64,000 bases of DNA. Source: an uncultured Alphaproteobacteria bacterium (GTDB lineage Bacteria; Pseudomonadota; Alphaproteobacteria; RF32; CAG-239). Positions within the stretch are counted from its first letter, which is position 1. Every line of letters starts with the position of its first letter. Where the stretch lies: NCBI GenBank assembly GCA_934271195.1, contig CAKQRB010000052.1, positions 4,352-68,351 on the forward strand, read 5' to 3'. Positions 19,050-28,789 of the stretch are shown one piece after another. The notes under the pieces are model-generated. The model was not told the origin of the DNA. It did no database searches and saw nothing but the letters and a program-made list of their open reading frames with translations. Both the position numbers and the translations under genes were made by a program.

Positions 19050-20417
19050 ATGAAGAATATTAACACTATGCTACACATGAAACTAAACTCTGCGGTGTCA
19101 GTTTTTGCTGTTGCCGCAGCTTTCTCGGTTTTTCTCCCAACCTCCACATTTGCAGGTGTCTGCTTCCTGCCCGACTGTGCTGATGATGTACCTCTTATTG
19201 AACCAGATGTTAAATATTGTGAAAGCAACGGCTTCACCTACTATGCTGACGGCAAGTGTCCGCAATATTATGCCAATGTCGGAAAATGTTCCCGTGACGA
19301 CCATTATCTTAAATGCGACGCCGCGAAGTGGTGTAAACAAAATGGATATAACACGACCTCATGCTCCATTCCTAAATATGTTGACACTCCTTGTCCGAGT
19401 GACGGTTCTCTTTACAAACAATGCAAGACTGACAATCCCCGCGCTTGTCAGGAGGCCGGTTATACCAAGACTTGTCCTTCCGGTCAGAAACTTAAAAAGA
19501 ACTCCAGCCGTTGCTCTTATGATAATTCTTACGGAACCTGTTGTAAACCGTCAGGTTGTCCCGCTCATACTTCATTAACCTCTTCGTCCTACGGAACTAA
19601 CGGTACTGATGGCTGCGAATATACCTGTTATTACACCTGCAACATGAACTGCCCGTCCGGTACTTCAACTTCCAACCCCGGAGGTTGTGGCGGGTCGACA
19701 CGTAACGGATGTAACACAAAAACTTGTTATTATCCTTATCAATCATGCTGCACACCAAAGTGTTCAGATGAGCATGGTTGCTCATGTGGAACAACTTCCG
19801 TTTCTGACGGATGCGGCGGAACTTGTACAAAATGTAAATCTTGTTGTAATCGCTACTCTTCAAACTGGTGTTCTGTTCACTCAACCTGTCATGGAGATTG
19901 CTGCTCTGATGGAACAATAAAACCTTGTGATACGCAATGCGGGGGTTCAGGTTGCTCTACTTGTAATAGCTCCTCTTCAAACTGGTGTTCCGTTCACTCG
20001 ACCTGTCATGGAGATTGCTGCTCTGACGGATCGATCAAACCTTGTGACACACGCTGCGGCGGATCAGGTTGCTCTACCGGCGGCGGTGGCGGCGGCGAAA
20101 CGGGTGGAAGTTCTAGCTGTTCTGGATACAGCTCTTGTTCAACTGAGTGTACTGGCGTAACCAACACCACACCTCACTGTCAAAATCGTTATAATGATGG
20201 CAGCGGTTACAATTATATCGCTCTGGTATGCAATCTGAATATTTCCAGAACCCGCGTTACCTGCAACGGACAAACCGAAACTGATGGCGGTATCGCTTAT
20301 GAACAGCTAGACCGCTGGAGCACAGGCAACCAAACAAACGACATAGCAGCTTGCGAGGCAAAACGCAAAAACACGACCTGCGTCTGCTCAAGTTACCGCT
20401 GGCCATACAACTGTTAA
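19050..20417 (+). CDS. Secreted hyper-cysteine-rich protein, paralog 1 (unknown function)
   Basis: Start is set at the ATG after SD GGGAGGAAG (the ORF track begins upstream at a TTG at 19026). Sec-type signal peptide (MKNINTMLHMKLNSAVSVFAVAAAFSVFLPTSTFA), no lipobox. The mature part is very Cys-rich with many CxC/CC/CxxC spacings and is Gly/Ser/Thr/Asn rich. It carries a 39-aa tandem duplication. Paralog at 42274-43422. Confidence 0.85.
   Translation: MKNINTMLHMKLNSAVSVFAVAAAFSVFLPTSTFAGVCFLPDCADDVPLIEPDVKYCESNGFTYYADGKCPQYYANVGKCSRDDHYLKCDAAKWCKQNGYNTTSCSIPKYVDTPCPSDGSLYKQCKTDNPRACQEAGYTKTCPSGQKLKKNSSRCSYDNSYGTCCKPSGCPAHTSLTSSSYGTNGTDGCEYTCYYTCNMNCPSGTSTSNPGGCGGSTRNGCNTKTCYYPYQSCCTPKCSDEHGCSCGTTSVSDGCGGTCTKCKSCCNRYSSNWCSVHSTCHGDCCSDGTIKPCDTQCGGSGCSTCNSSSSNWCSVHSTCHGDCCSDGSIKPCDTRCGGSGCSTGGGGGGETGGSSSCSGYSSCSTECTGVTNTTPHCQNRYNDGSGYNYIALVCNLNISRTRVTCNGQTETDGGIAYEQLDRWSTGNQTNDIAACEAKRKNTTCVCSSYRWPYNC
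19857..20077 (+). repeat. In-frame tandem duplication inside Cys-rich paralog 1
   Basis: Two 104-bp units (19857-19960 and 19974-20077) separated by 13 bp, giving a 117-bp (39-codon) period and roughly 90% identity. They encode SSNWCSVHSTCHGDCCSDG(T/S)IKPCDT(Q/R)CGGSGCST twice. Paralog 2 has a single copy. Confidence 0.85.
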
Positions 20418-20429
20418 TCGCATTTATTA

Positions 20430-20485
20430 GCAAAAAACTCTCTTTTTTCCGCCCTGTAAAGGACAGAAAGAAGAGAGTTTTTTAT
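20430..20485. terminator. Bidirectional rho-independent terminator between convergent genes (Cys-rich paralog 1 and ftsZ)
   Basis: aaaaa-ACTCTCTTTTTTCC…GAAAGAAGAGAGT-tttttt: a 13-bp stem with one mismatch, an A-run on one side and a T-run on the other. Confidence 0.6.
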
Positions 20486-20510
20486 GGCAAAATAATTAAT
20501 GCTTTTCCGC

Positions 20511-22211
20511 TTATCTTCTGCGCAAGAAAGACGGAATATCCAGATTCATTTTATCTTCATAGTCATTGTCGGCAAAAGACGGAGAAACCGGCTCCTGAAA
20601 ACGCTCGTTTTCTTTCATCTTTTTACGGTTTCTTCTGGCAATTGAAAAACCGGTGACTCTTTCAATCAGGGTCGGCGTATGTTCTTCTTCGTCGTCAACA
20701 ATGAGTTGCTCCGGTTCTTCTCTCTTCGGAGCAAAAATACCCGGATTATGGTCCGGAAACAGTTCCGGTTCTTCCTCAACAACTCTCACTGTCGTTTTGG
20801 CAGCAAAAACATTGTCGTCAGATGCCAGAATATTATTCAATGTACTGGCATCATTAGCGGATGTATCTTCGTTTTTGTTAATAATAGCTTTGAACAAAGC
20901 CGAGGCTTTTGGCATTTCACCCATGGCAGAAGATTTTTCAATCATGTCAAAATCTTCAAAACGGCTTACTTCTGCGGGAGCTGCCGCTGCAGGAGCCGCA
21001 ACTGTCTCTGCGGCGTCTTCCTCGATTCGCTCTTCTTCAAACGAAACTATCTCTGCAGCATCAATAGCTTCTTCCATTTCTACAGCCTTATCAATATCAT
21101 GGGCTGAGAACTTCTCCAAATTTGAATCAATTTCAACATTTGGAGCAATCGGAGCCGAAACTTTTTCTTCTGTAAAGCTTTCGGCAATATAATCTTGCGC
21201 TTTCGGCGCCTTGGCCTTAACACTGGCTTTTTCGCCAATACCGGTAGCCACGATAGACACACGGATTTTTCCGACCAAAGCTTCATCATAGCTGGAACCG
21301 AAAATAATATTGGCATCTTCATCAACTTCTTCTTTAATGCGGCTGGCCGCCTCGTCGATTTCAAACAATGTAATGTCGGAACCGCCGGTAATATTGATCA
21401 ACACGCCTTTGGCGCCGCGCATGGAACAATCGTCAAGCAAAGGATTGGAAAGAGCCTGCTCGGCAGCCTTCACGGCACGATCCTCGCCTTCGGCTTCGCC
21501 TGTTCCCATAATCGCCTTGCCCTTGTCTTCCATGATCGACTTAATATCGGCAAAGTCAAGGTTAATCAGCCCCGGCATCATCATCAAATCGGTAATGGAA
21601 CGCACACCGGCATACAAAACATTATCCGCCATCACAAAAGCATCGGCCAGCGTTGTCTTTTTATCGGCAACCCGAAACAGATTCTGGTTCGGAATAATGA
21701 TAATACTGTCTACTTCACTGGTAAAAGTCTCAACAGCGCTTTCGGCTGTTTCCATTCTTTTGCGGCCTTCAAACTGAAAAGGCTTGGTCACCACGCCGAC
21801 AGTCAAAATCCCCTTTTCTTTGGCAATTTTAGCCACAACCGGAGCCGCGCCGCTGCCCGTACCGCCGCCCATACCGGCAGTAATAAACACCATATTGGCA
21901 CCTTCAAGCTCTTTCTCAATCTCCTCATGGGCTTCTTCCGCCGCCAGTTTTCCGACCTCTGGCCGCGCACCGGCGCCTAACCCTTGAGTTGTCTCAAGAC
22001 CAAGCTGGATTTTGCGGCTGGCAGCAGAATGAGCCAGAGCCTGAGCATCCGTATTGGCAACAATAAAATCCACACCTTCCAGATTTTGCGCAATCATGTT
22101 ATTTACGGCATTTCCGCCGCCGCCACCGACACCGATGACCGAAATCCGCGGTTTCAAATGCATAACTGTTTTCTCAGGAACGGCTAATTTGATTGACATG
22201 ATGCTTCTCAC
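20511..22211 (-). CDS. ftsZ: Cell division GTPase FtsZ (long C-terminal linker)
   Basis: GGGTGTG-type tubulin signature ([15 protein letters not shown]…), then a long disordered linker and a conserved C-terminal peptide (DIPSFLRRR). The true start may be an internal Met (MSIKL at about 22199). Confidence 0.95.
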   Translation of the reverse strand: MRSIMSIKLAVPEKTVMHLKPRISVIGVGGGGGNAVNNMIAQNLEGVDFIVANTDAQALAHSAASRKIQLGLETTQGLGAGARPEVGKLAAEEAHEEIEKELEGANMVFITAGMGGGTGSGAAPVVAKIAKEKGILTVGVVTKPFQFEGRKRMETAESAVETFTSEVDSIIIIPNQNLFRVADKKTTLADAFVMADNVLYAGVRSITDLMMMPGLINLDFADIKSIMEDKGKAIMGTGEAEGEDRAVKAAEQALSNPLLDDCSMRGAKGVLINITGGSDITLFEIDEAASRIKEEVDEDANIIFGSSYDEALVGKIRVSIVATGIGEKASVKAKAPKAQDYIAESFTEEKVSAPIAPNVEIDSNLEKFSAHDIDKAVEMEEAIDAAEIVSFEEERIEEDAAETVAAPAAAAPAEVSRFEDFDMIEKSSAMGEMPKASALFKAIINKNEDTSANDASTLNNILASDDNVFAAKTTVRVVEEEPELFPDHNPGIFAPKREEPEQLIVDDEEEHTPTLIERVTGFSIARRNRKKMKENERFQEPVSPSFADNDYEDKMNLDIPSFLRRR

Positions 22212-22279
22212 TCCAAAATACTAAAATACACTTTGGATACCAGTATACGCATTCAATAATTAAGTTTTAGTTACCAATA

Positions 22280-23539
22280 TTAAAAATTTTGTTTTATCCA
22301 CGAGAAAATTTTGCCCAATCCGCCAACGCTGCGAACCGATTTATTAATAATTTTATTCGGACGTTTTTCCGTATAATTCAGGGCATACATCAACAAGCCG
22401 ACACAAGTTGAATAAGCCGGATTCGTAAAGACCTCTGGCTGATTGATGTCAGCCTTTGGCTTCCATACCCGCACTTCCTTGTCCAACACCATTGTCGCAA
22501 CTTCGCGAATACCCGGAAGCTGACTGCCGCCACCGGTCAAGACCACACGATGACTCGGCATATCTTTCAGCCCCTGTTCTTCCAGTTTCATATTGACAAG
22601 TTCAAAAATTTCTTCGATCCGCGGCGTAATAATACTAATCAAATCAGCCTTGGTAATCTGGCGTATGCTGCTGTCGTCTTCCTCTCCGACCGGATAAACG
22701 TTAATTGTTTCTTCTTTGTCTTTGCTGGTCAAAAAAGCACAGCCATGATAAGTCTTCAGACGTTCGGCATTGGCAATGGATGTCGTAAGCCCGTAAGCAA
22801 TATCATTTGTCACATTATTTCCACCTACCGGCAATGCCGCAAAATATACCGGATATCCGTGACGGAAGGTAGCAATGCTGGTTGTTCCGCCGCCAATATC
22901 AATAACGGTCGCTCCGATTTCTTTCTCGTCTTCCACCAGACAGGCCAGTCCGGAAGCATAAGAAGAAAAAGCCCTGCCGACAATTTCGAGATGTGCGTTC
23001 TCAATCACTGTTGAAAGATTACGATATGTAATTTCCGGCACCAACCCGAGCACAATGTCAACAGCCAGCTTTTCAGCAAAAATATTTCGCGGATCCTTAA
23101 TCTCCTCACCGCCGTCCAGACGATAGTTGGTCGGCAGGCAATGCACCAGATCACACCCGTCGACACTGATTTTGTTCAGCCCTTTTTCCAAAACCTTGTT
23201 CAAATCAGCTTCGTTAATCGGACGGTTTTTATTAAGAGAAATCGCCGCATTTTTGATAGAACTGTGTACCTTGTCACCGGAAATATTGACAATAATTTTG
23301 CTGATACGTTCGTTGGCGCGCTGTTCTGCAGCCTCAACAGCATTGCACACTGCCAGTGTCGCCTTGTTAATATCTGTTACCACGCCGTTTTTAATACCGC
23401 TGGAAGCATTGTAGCCATAGCCGGCAATTTTAATTTGCCCTTCACGGCTGACTTTCGCAATCACGCAACAAACTTTTGAAGATCCCACGTCCAAAGCTGC
23501 AAATGTTGACGACTTGTTCAAGTTCTCCCCCTTCTCCAA
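22280..23539 (-). CDS. ftsA: Cell division protein FtsA
   Basis: 419 aa actin-like ATPase (ALDVGSSKVCCVIAK…). ftsQ-ftsA-ftsZ order. Confidence 0.9.
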   Translation of the reverse strand: MEKGENLNKSSTFAALDVGSSKVCCVIAKVSREGQIKIAGYGYNASSGIKNGVVTDINKATLAVCNAVEAAEQRANERISKIIVNISGDKVHSSIKNAAISLNKNRPINEADLNKVLEKGLNKISVDGCDLVHCLPTNYRLDGGEEIKDPRNIFAEKLAVDIVLGLVPEITYRNLSTVIENAHLEIVGRAFSSYASGLACLVEDEKEIGATVIDIGGGTTSIATFRHGYPVYFAALPVGGNNVTNDIAYGLTTSIANAERLKTYHGCAFLTSKDKEETINVYPVGEEDDSSIRQITKADLISIITPRIEEIFELVNMKLEEQGLKDMPSHRVVLTGGGSQLPGIREVATMVLDKEVRVWKPKADINQPEVFTNPAYSTCVGLLMYALNYTEKRPNKIINKSVRSVGGLGKIFSWIKQNF

Positions 23540-23574
23540 ACTTTCCGGTTTGTTTTACGGCAACGGCCTCCTCA

Positions 23575-24444
23575 TCAGGTTGCCCTTTCCTTGCCGTTAT
23601 TAAGCTTAAGCGGTTCTTTAATAGCCGTTTTCTTAAGCTTGATAATCACCTTATCCCTTAACCTTAAATCAATTATGGTTAATTTACGTTTAAGAATCCC
23701 TTTTGTCACATTTAATTTTAACAATTTTTTCCATGCTTTTTCAATTTTCTCTTCCGGCAATTTTACGGTAATACCGTTCCGAATGTCGTCCAAAACCAGA
23801 TTCCAACGCCGCTGCGAAATATAATTCGCCACTTTCACCCGTTTAAAAACAGCATTGTCTTTTTGAATAACCTCAAGCAATGCATTAATATTTTCCGGCG
23901 CTCCTGCCCCGACAATCAGCAAAATCGGCTGATCCGGTTTAAAATCAGCATGAATAACCTTGCCATCTTCATCTATCGGATAAAACTTTTCCGAAATCTG
24001 CCAAATTGACTTCACCTGCTTTTCAACAATACCGATTTGCACCACATTCGGCATAAAAGATTTTTTAACCACTGCCGATTTCACCCACGGCAGTGCCTCA
24101 ACCCTTTCTTTAATCTCCGCTACATTAACCTGAAAAATATTATCATCACGGCTCAGCCTGACTGCTTGCCGCAATTCCTCGGCGCTTGTTTTTTCATGCC
24201 CGAACACCAAAACCTCGTCCACGCCAAAACCGTGCTTTCCGCTAAAAACATAAAACTCCTGCGCCCATTCGCTAAACTGTTTGCTGACCAGACTTTGTTT
24301 AACCGTCGCAGTTAAAGAAGCCAAAACCAGAATCACCCCGAGCACAATCAGACTGCCAACCAGACGATAAAGCCACTCTGCCGGAAGCCTGACAATATCT
24401 TCCAACGGATCGGGCGCTATTTGGGTCTTGCTCTTTCCAAACAT
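23575..24444 (-). CDS. ftsQ: Cell division protein FtsQ
   Basis: Single N-terminal TM followed by POTRA-like domains. Start placed at the Met whose ATG overlaps the murB stop (TAATG); the ORF track extends to 24480. Confidence 0.7.
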   Translation of the reverse strand: MFGKSKTQIAPDPLEDIVRLPAEWLYRLVGSLIVLGVILVLASLTATVKQSLVSKQFSEWAQEFYVFSGKHGFGVDEVLVFGHEKTSAEELRQAVRLSRDDNIFQVNVAEIKERVEALPWVKSAVVKKSFMPNVVQIGIVEKQVKSIWQISEKFYPIDEDGKVIHADFKPDQPILLIVGAGAPENINALLEVIQKDNAVFKRVKVANYISQRRWNLVLDDIRNGITVKLPEEKIEKAWKKLLKLNVTKGILKRKLTIIDLRLRDKVIIKLKKTAIKEPLKLNNGKERAT

Positions 24445-25379
24445 TACTTCTTCATAATTCCCATGCGTTTGACTTCCCACTCTAAAACGATGGAAGTCTT
24501 TTCCTTAACCCTGTTAATAATCTCCTCTCCCAGCGTCTCAATATCGTTAGCTGTTGCCTTACCGGTATTAATCAGAAAATTACAGTGTTTTTCCGAAACC
24601 TTGGCACCGTTAACGCTCAACCCGCAACAGCCGGATTTCTTAATCAGTTCCCAGGCCTTCAAACCCTCGGGATTTTTAAAGGTTGAGCCGGCCGTTTTTT
24701 CATTATACGGCTGATTGGCAATTCTGTACTGCCGCTGCTCTTCCAAAATACGGGCAATATTTTCCTTCTTGTCCTTTGCTGCCCGAAAAGTAATGGACGT
24801 AATAATCCAGTCATCGGGAAAAAAGCTGCTTCGATAAGAAAGCATCAAATCATCGACCGTCACCGTTTCTTTTTCGCCACGACCGTTTACAATCGTCGCA
24901 CGGGCAATCACGTCTTTTACACACCGCCCGAAACAACCGGCATTGGTCTTGACCGAACCACCAATAACGCCGGGAATGGAGCACAAAAACTCCAGCCCGC
25001 CCAGCTCATTCTCCAGCATAATCTTTTTCAAATCGGCATTACGTACGCCGGCAAAACAGGTAATTTCATTATCCTTTATTTCAATCTGCTTAAAATATTT
25101 GCTGTCCAGACGAATAACTACTCCGGTAATTCCACCGTCGCGCACCAACAGATTAGAGCCGCCGCCGACCACGCATACCGGCAGATTATACGGCATCATC
25201 TTAAGAAAAAAGCCCAAATCGCCTTCATCTTCCGGATGATACATTACGTCAGCCGGTCCGCCGACGCCAAACCATGTATATTTTGACATCGGCACGTCGA
25301 TATCATAACGTCCCCTGACTTCAGGAAGAAAATCTACCAGTTTTTTTCTCTTCGGCCACAGCCGTTTTAACCTCAACAT
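24444..25379 (-). CDS. murB: UDP-N-acetylenolpyruvoylglucosamine reductase MurB
   Basis: 311 aa. FAD-binding PCMH domain (WFGVGGPADVMY…) and MurB C-terminal domain. Confidence 0.9.
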   Translation of the reverse strand: MLRLKRLWPKRKKLVDFLPEVRGRYDIDVPMSKYTWFGVGGPADVMYHPEDEGDLGFFLKMMPYNLPVCVVGGGSNLLVRDGGITGVVIRLDSKYFKQIEIKDNEITCFAGVRNADLKKIMLENELGGLEFLCSIPGVIGGSVKTNAGCFGRCVKDVIARATIVNGRGEKETVTVDDLMLSYRSSFFPDDWIITSITFRAAKDKKENIARILEEQRQYRIANQPYNEKTAGSTFKNPEGLKAWELIKKSGCCGLSVNGAKVSEKHCNFLINTGKATANDIETLGEEIINRVKEKTSIVLEWEVKRMGIMKK

Positions 25380-25393
25380 TTTTCCTCCTGATT

Positions 25394-26509
25394 TTATCTT
25401 GCTGAAATTTCACGCTCCACCGCGTCGGCAAAACGCTGCGCAGCATCATTAATTGCGGTCTTTTTGGCATTGTCAGACATTTTTTTCATCTTTTTCGGAT
25501 TCGCAATCGCCTCTTTCAAAATGCCGGACAATACTTCCGGCGTAAAATCTTTCTGCCGAATAACCTCAGCTCCTTTGGCTTCTCCCAAAGTCTGGGCATT
25601 GTACGACTGATGATCATCGGCGGCAATCGGCAGCGGAACCAAAACTGACGGCAAGCCGGCAATTGCAATCTCAGAAACCGAAGACGCCCCCGCCCGCGAC
25701 ACAATCAAATCCGTTGAAGCATAAAGCTCGTCCATATTGTCAAAAAAAGCAGAAACCACAACCTCGGCTCCACAACCCCGATAAGCGTTTTCAATCAGCG
25801 TTATGTCATCTTTCCGGCATTGCTGAAAAATCTTCATCTTTTTTTGCTCAAACTTATCCAAAGCAGCTACCGCAGTCGGCACAACTTCACTGAATACTTT
25901 TGCCCCTTGGCTTCCGCCCAAAATCAGCAATTGAAAAACATCATCTGCCGTACGTTCTTTATATTTTCCTTCTCCGGTTTTGACAATCGCTCCCCGCACC
26001 GGCATACCGGTCAGCAGCGTTCTGACATTTGTCGGCGTATATTTTACATTTTTAAAACTCTGCGCAATCAATGAAGCATATTTGCTCAAAAACCTGTTTG
26101 TCCGACTCATGACTGCATTCTGCTCATGCAAAATCAAATCCGTTCCGAGCAGAATAGCCGCCATTGATGCCGGAAAAGAGGCATAACCGCCAAATCCGAC
26201 CACACATTTCGGCCGCTTTTTCAAAATCAGGAAACCGGCTTGCAAAATACCAATGCATGTTTTGAACAAACTCTTAAGCTTAAACCATTTTGACTTTCCG
26301 ACCATCGCTCCGGCCCAGACCGCATAATTTGGAATCTCACCCAGATGCCCTTTATAATTATCTTTACCGCGGCTGTCGGTAATCAGTGCCAGCCGGTATC
26401 CCCGCTTTAACAGTTCCTCTGCCAGAGCCTCGGCCGGATAAACATGACCGCCCGTTCCGCCGGCTGTTAAAAAGATTAAAGGTTTTGCTTTCTTTTTAGT
26501 ACGTTTCAT
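25394..26509 (-). CDS. murG: UDP-GlcNAc:undecaprenyl-PP-MurNAc-pentapeptide GlcNAc transferase MurG
   Basis: Glycosyltransferase family 28 (LIFLTAGGTGGHVYPAEALAEEL). Start set at the internal Met (MKRTKKKAKPLIF) overlapping the ftsW end; the ORF track extends to 26605. Confidence 0.85.
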   Translation of the reverse strand: MKRTKKKAKPLIFLTAGGTGGHVYPAEALAEELLKRGYRLALITDSRGKDNYKGHLGEIPNYAVWAGAMVGKSKWFKLKSLFKTCIGILQAGFLILKKRPKCVVGFGGYASFPASMAAILLGTDLILHEQNAVMSRTNRFLSKYASLIAQSFKNVKYTPTNVRTLLTGMPVRGAIVKTGEGKYKERTADDVFQLLILGGSQGAKVFSEVVPTAVAALDKFEQKKMKIFQQCRKDDITLIENAYRGCGAEVVVSAFFDNMDELYASTDLIVSRAGASSVSEIAIAGLPSVLVPLPIAADDHQSYNAQTLGEAKGAEVIRQKDFTPEVLSGILKEAIANPKKMKKMSDNAKKTAINDAAQRFADAVEREISAR

Positions 26510-27632
26510 CTTTATCCTCCGCATGAACATTTTTTCGGGTAATTGCCAGCAACATCCCCATTCCCAGCGCTGTCGCCAAAACCGAAGACCCGCCGTAAGA
26601 AACAAAAGGCATGGTCATTCCTTTGGTCGGCATCAGGTGCAGCGTGGACGCCATATTAATAATGCCCTGAACACCGAATGACGCACACAGGCCGGAAGCC
26701 GACAAAATAATAAACAAATTGTTGTCTTTAAGTGATATGATCATTGAACGTATAACTACTATGGCAAAGACTGCAACAATAAACAAGCACAAAATCAATC
26801 CGTATTCTTCTGCCGCTACCGCAAAAATAAAATCGGTATGCGCATCGGGAATATTCATCTTAACTACGCCTTCGCCTGGGCCTTTGCCAAACAAGCTGCC
26901 GTTCTGGAAAGCCTCCAGCGACTTGCGCACTTGATAACTGAGTTCGTTGCCGGAAGCCAAAAATTGGTTCACGCGGCTATGCACATGGTCAAATGTAAAA
27001 TAAGCCGTCACCAGCATAGCCAGGAATCCCACTCCCAGCGCCGCCACGAATTTTATGGATAAACCGGCCAGAAAGAACTGAAAGACCCAAATACAAGAAA
27101 CCACACATGACATCCCGAAATCAGGCTGCAACAACAATAAACCGACCGTTAAAACAAACAGAAAAAGAGAAATCAGATTTCCCGGAAAATTTGCCGACTT
27201 ATTCTGCCCATCAAACAACCACGCCGCAACGACAATAAAAGTCGGCTTGACAAATTCGGAAGGCTGAAGTGTAAAACCCAGAATTCTGATCCAACGCGTG
27301 GCGCCCTTGGCTTCAAAACCCCATATCAGCGTAAAAACCATCAGAACAATCGTTACGGTATATCCCAAAATCGCCACCCTGCGGATAGCCTTCAAACTTT
27401 GCATGGATAAAAACAGCATCAGGGACAACGCCAACGGCATAAAAAACAGCTGCCGTTTTACAAAATGATAACTGTCCGCCCCGATCCGGTTAGCCACCGA
27501 CGGGCTGGCCGAAAAAGTCAGCAGCAATCCGACCATAACCAAAGACAAAATCAACGACAGCAGAATCTTGTCAACGGTCCACCACCAGTTGCTCAAAACG
27601 CTTCGGGAATTTCTGGCCAGATTAATAATCAT
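26496..27632 (-). CDS. ftsW: Cell division SEDS protein FtsW
   Basis: 378 aa polytopic SEDS protein. Lies between mraY and murG. Confidence 0.85.
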   Translation of the reverse strand: MIINLARNSRSVLSNWWWTVDKILLSLILSLVMVGLLLTFSASPSVANRIGADSYHFVKRQLFFMPLALSLMLFLSMQSLKAIRRVAILGYTVTIVLMVFTLIWGFEAKGATRWIRILGFTLQPSEFVKPTFIVVAAWLFDGQNKSANFPGNLISLFLFVLTVGLLLLQPDFGMSCVVSCIWVFQFFLAGLSIKFVAALGVGFLAMLVTAYFTFDHVHSRVNQFLASGNELSYQVRKSLEAFQNGSLFGKGPGEGVVKMNIPDAHTDFIFAVAAEEYGLILCLFIVAVFAIVVIRSMIISLKDNNLFIILSASGLCASFGVQGIINMASTLHLMPTKGMTMPFVSYGGSSVLATALGMGMLLAITRKNVHAEDKDETY

Positions 27633-27636
27633 TTTC

Positions 27637-28722
27637 TTATCTCACGGTTAAAGACATCAGGGCTGTCACGGCCAAAATCAGGGCCATAATCCAAAAACGA
27701 TTAACAACGCGGGTTTCCGGCCAGCCCGATTGCTCAAAGTGATGATGTATCGGCGCCATTTTGAAAAATCTTCTGCCGCCGGTCTTCTTAAAATAGGCTA
27801 CCTGAATCATAACGGATAAAGCCTCAATCACAAAAATCCCGCCCGCAATCGCCAGTATAATTTCCTGCTTGAGCATAACGGCAATCGTACCGAGCAAACC
27901 GCCCAAAGCCAGAGAGCCAGTATCACCCATAAAAACCTTTGCCGGCGCGCAGTTAAACCACAAAAAGCCCAGACACCCACCGATAACGGCAGCACAAACG
28001 ACGGCAACTTCGCCGACATTCGGCAGCTTGGCGATTGCAAAAACGTCAACCAGCGGACTGCCGCCGATATAAGCAAAAACCATAAACACAAACAAAGCCG
28101 CAATCATTAATCCGGAAGCCAGCCCGTCCAATCCGTCGGAAAGATTCACGGCATTAGACGACCCGACAATCACAATCATGGCAAAAGGAATATAAAACAG
28201 CCACAAATTAACCGCCAGATTAAAATAAGGAATTGTCAGGCTAAAGCGGTTTTGCTCAGGCGTCAGATAAGATACAATCAAGACCGAAACCAAAGCGGTT
28301 GAAAACTGCAGAAGCAACTTCATTTTTGCCGTCATGGCGTTTGCAGTCTGTTTTTTGACCTTGACATAGTCATCGACAAACCCCACAAAGCCATAAACCA
28401 GCAAAACCAAAATGCAAACCCAAACCAGAGGATCATTCCAATGCGCCCAGAGGATTGTTGACAGAATGCCGCTGCCCAAAATCATCAGGCCGCCCATTGT
28501 CGGCGTCCCCTTTTTGGTCAGCAAATGGCTCTGTGGGCCGTCTTCGCGGATTGGCTGGCCTTTTCCCTGATGAAGGCGCAAATAATTAATGATTCGCTCC
28601 CCGCAAACCAACACCAGAATAAAAGCGGTAAAAAAAGCGCCGCCGGTACGCCAACAAAGCGTAGAGCTGAAAACAGACAATTCATTCGCTGCAGACTGAA
28701 ACAAACTGTTAAACATTCCCAA
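27637..28722 (-). CDS. mraY: Phospho-N-acetylmuramoyl-pentapeptide transferase MraY
   Basis: 361 aa polytopic glycosyltransferase family 4 protein with MraY motifs (…MGDTGSLALGG…). Confidence 0.9.
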   Translation of the reverse strand: MGMFNSLFQSAANELSVFSSTLCWRTGGAFFTAFILVLVCGERIINYLRLHQGKGQPIREDGPQSHLLTKKGTPTMGGLMILGSGILSTILWAHWNDPLVWVCILVLLVYGFVGFVDDYVKVKKQTANAMTAKMKLLLQFSTALVSVLIVSYLTPEQNRFSLTIPYFNLAVNLWLFYIPFAMIVIVGSSNAVNLSDGLDGLASGLMIAALFVFMVFAYIGGSPLVDVFAIAKLPNVGEVAVVCAAVIGGCLGFLWFNCAPAKVFMGDTGSLALGGLLGTIAVMLKQEIILAIAGGIFVIEALSVMIQVAYFKKTGGRRFFKMAPIHHHFEQSGWPETRVVNRFWIMALILAVTALMSLTVR

Positions 28723-28789
28723 TAGTCCCCCGGATCATAAAATTTTATTTTTAATCCTACCCGCAATTTCTAAAATAAACCTTAAAATA

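Noticed and set aside
19050-19160. Lipoprotein (lipobox) call for the Cys-rich proteins
   Set aside because: The first Cys follows FAGV / SAY, which does not fit the [LVI][ASTVI][GAS]C lipobox. An SPase I site (TFA|G, TSA|Y) is more consistent.
19098-19340. 80-aa minus-strand ORF (and its twin at 42322-42585)
   Set aside because: Both are 'conserved' only because the underlying DNA is duplicated. They are antisense to the Cys-rich genes, which have a consensus promoter, SD and signal peptide.
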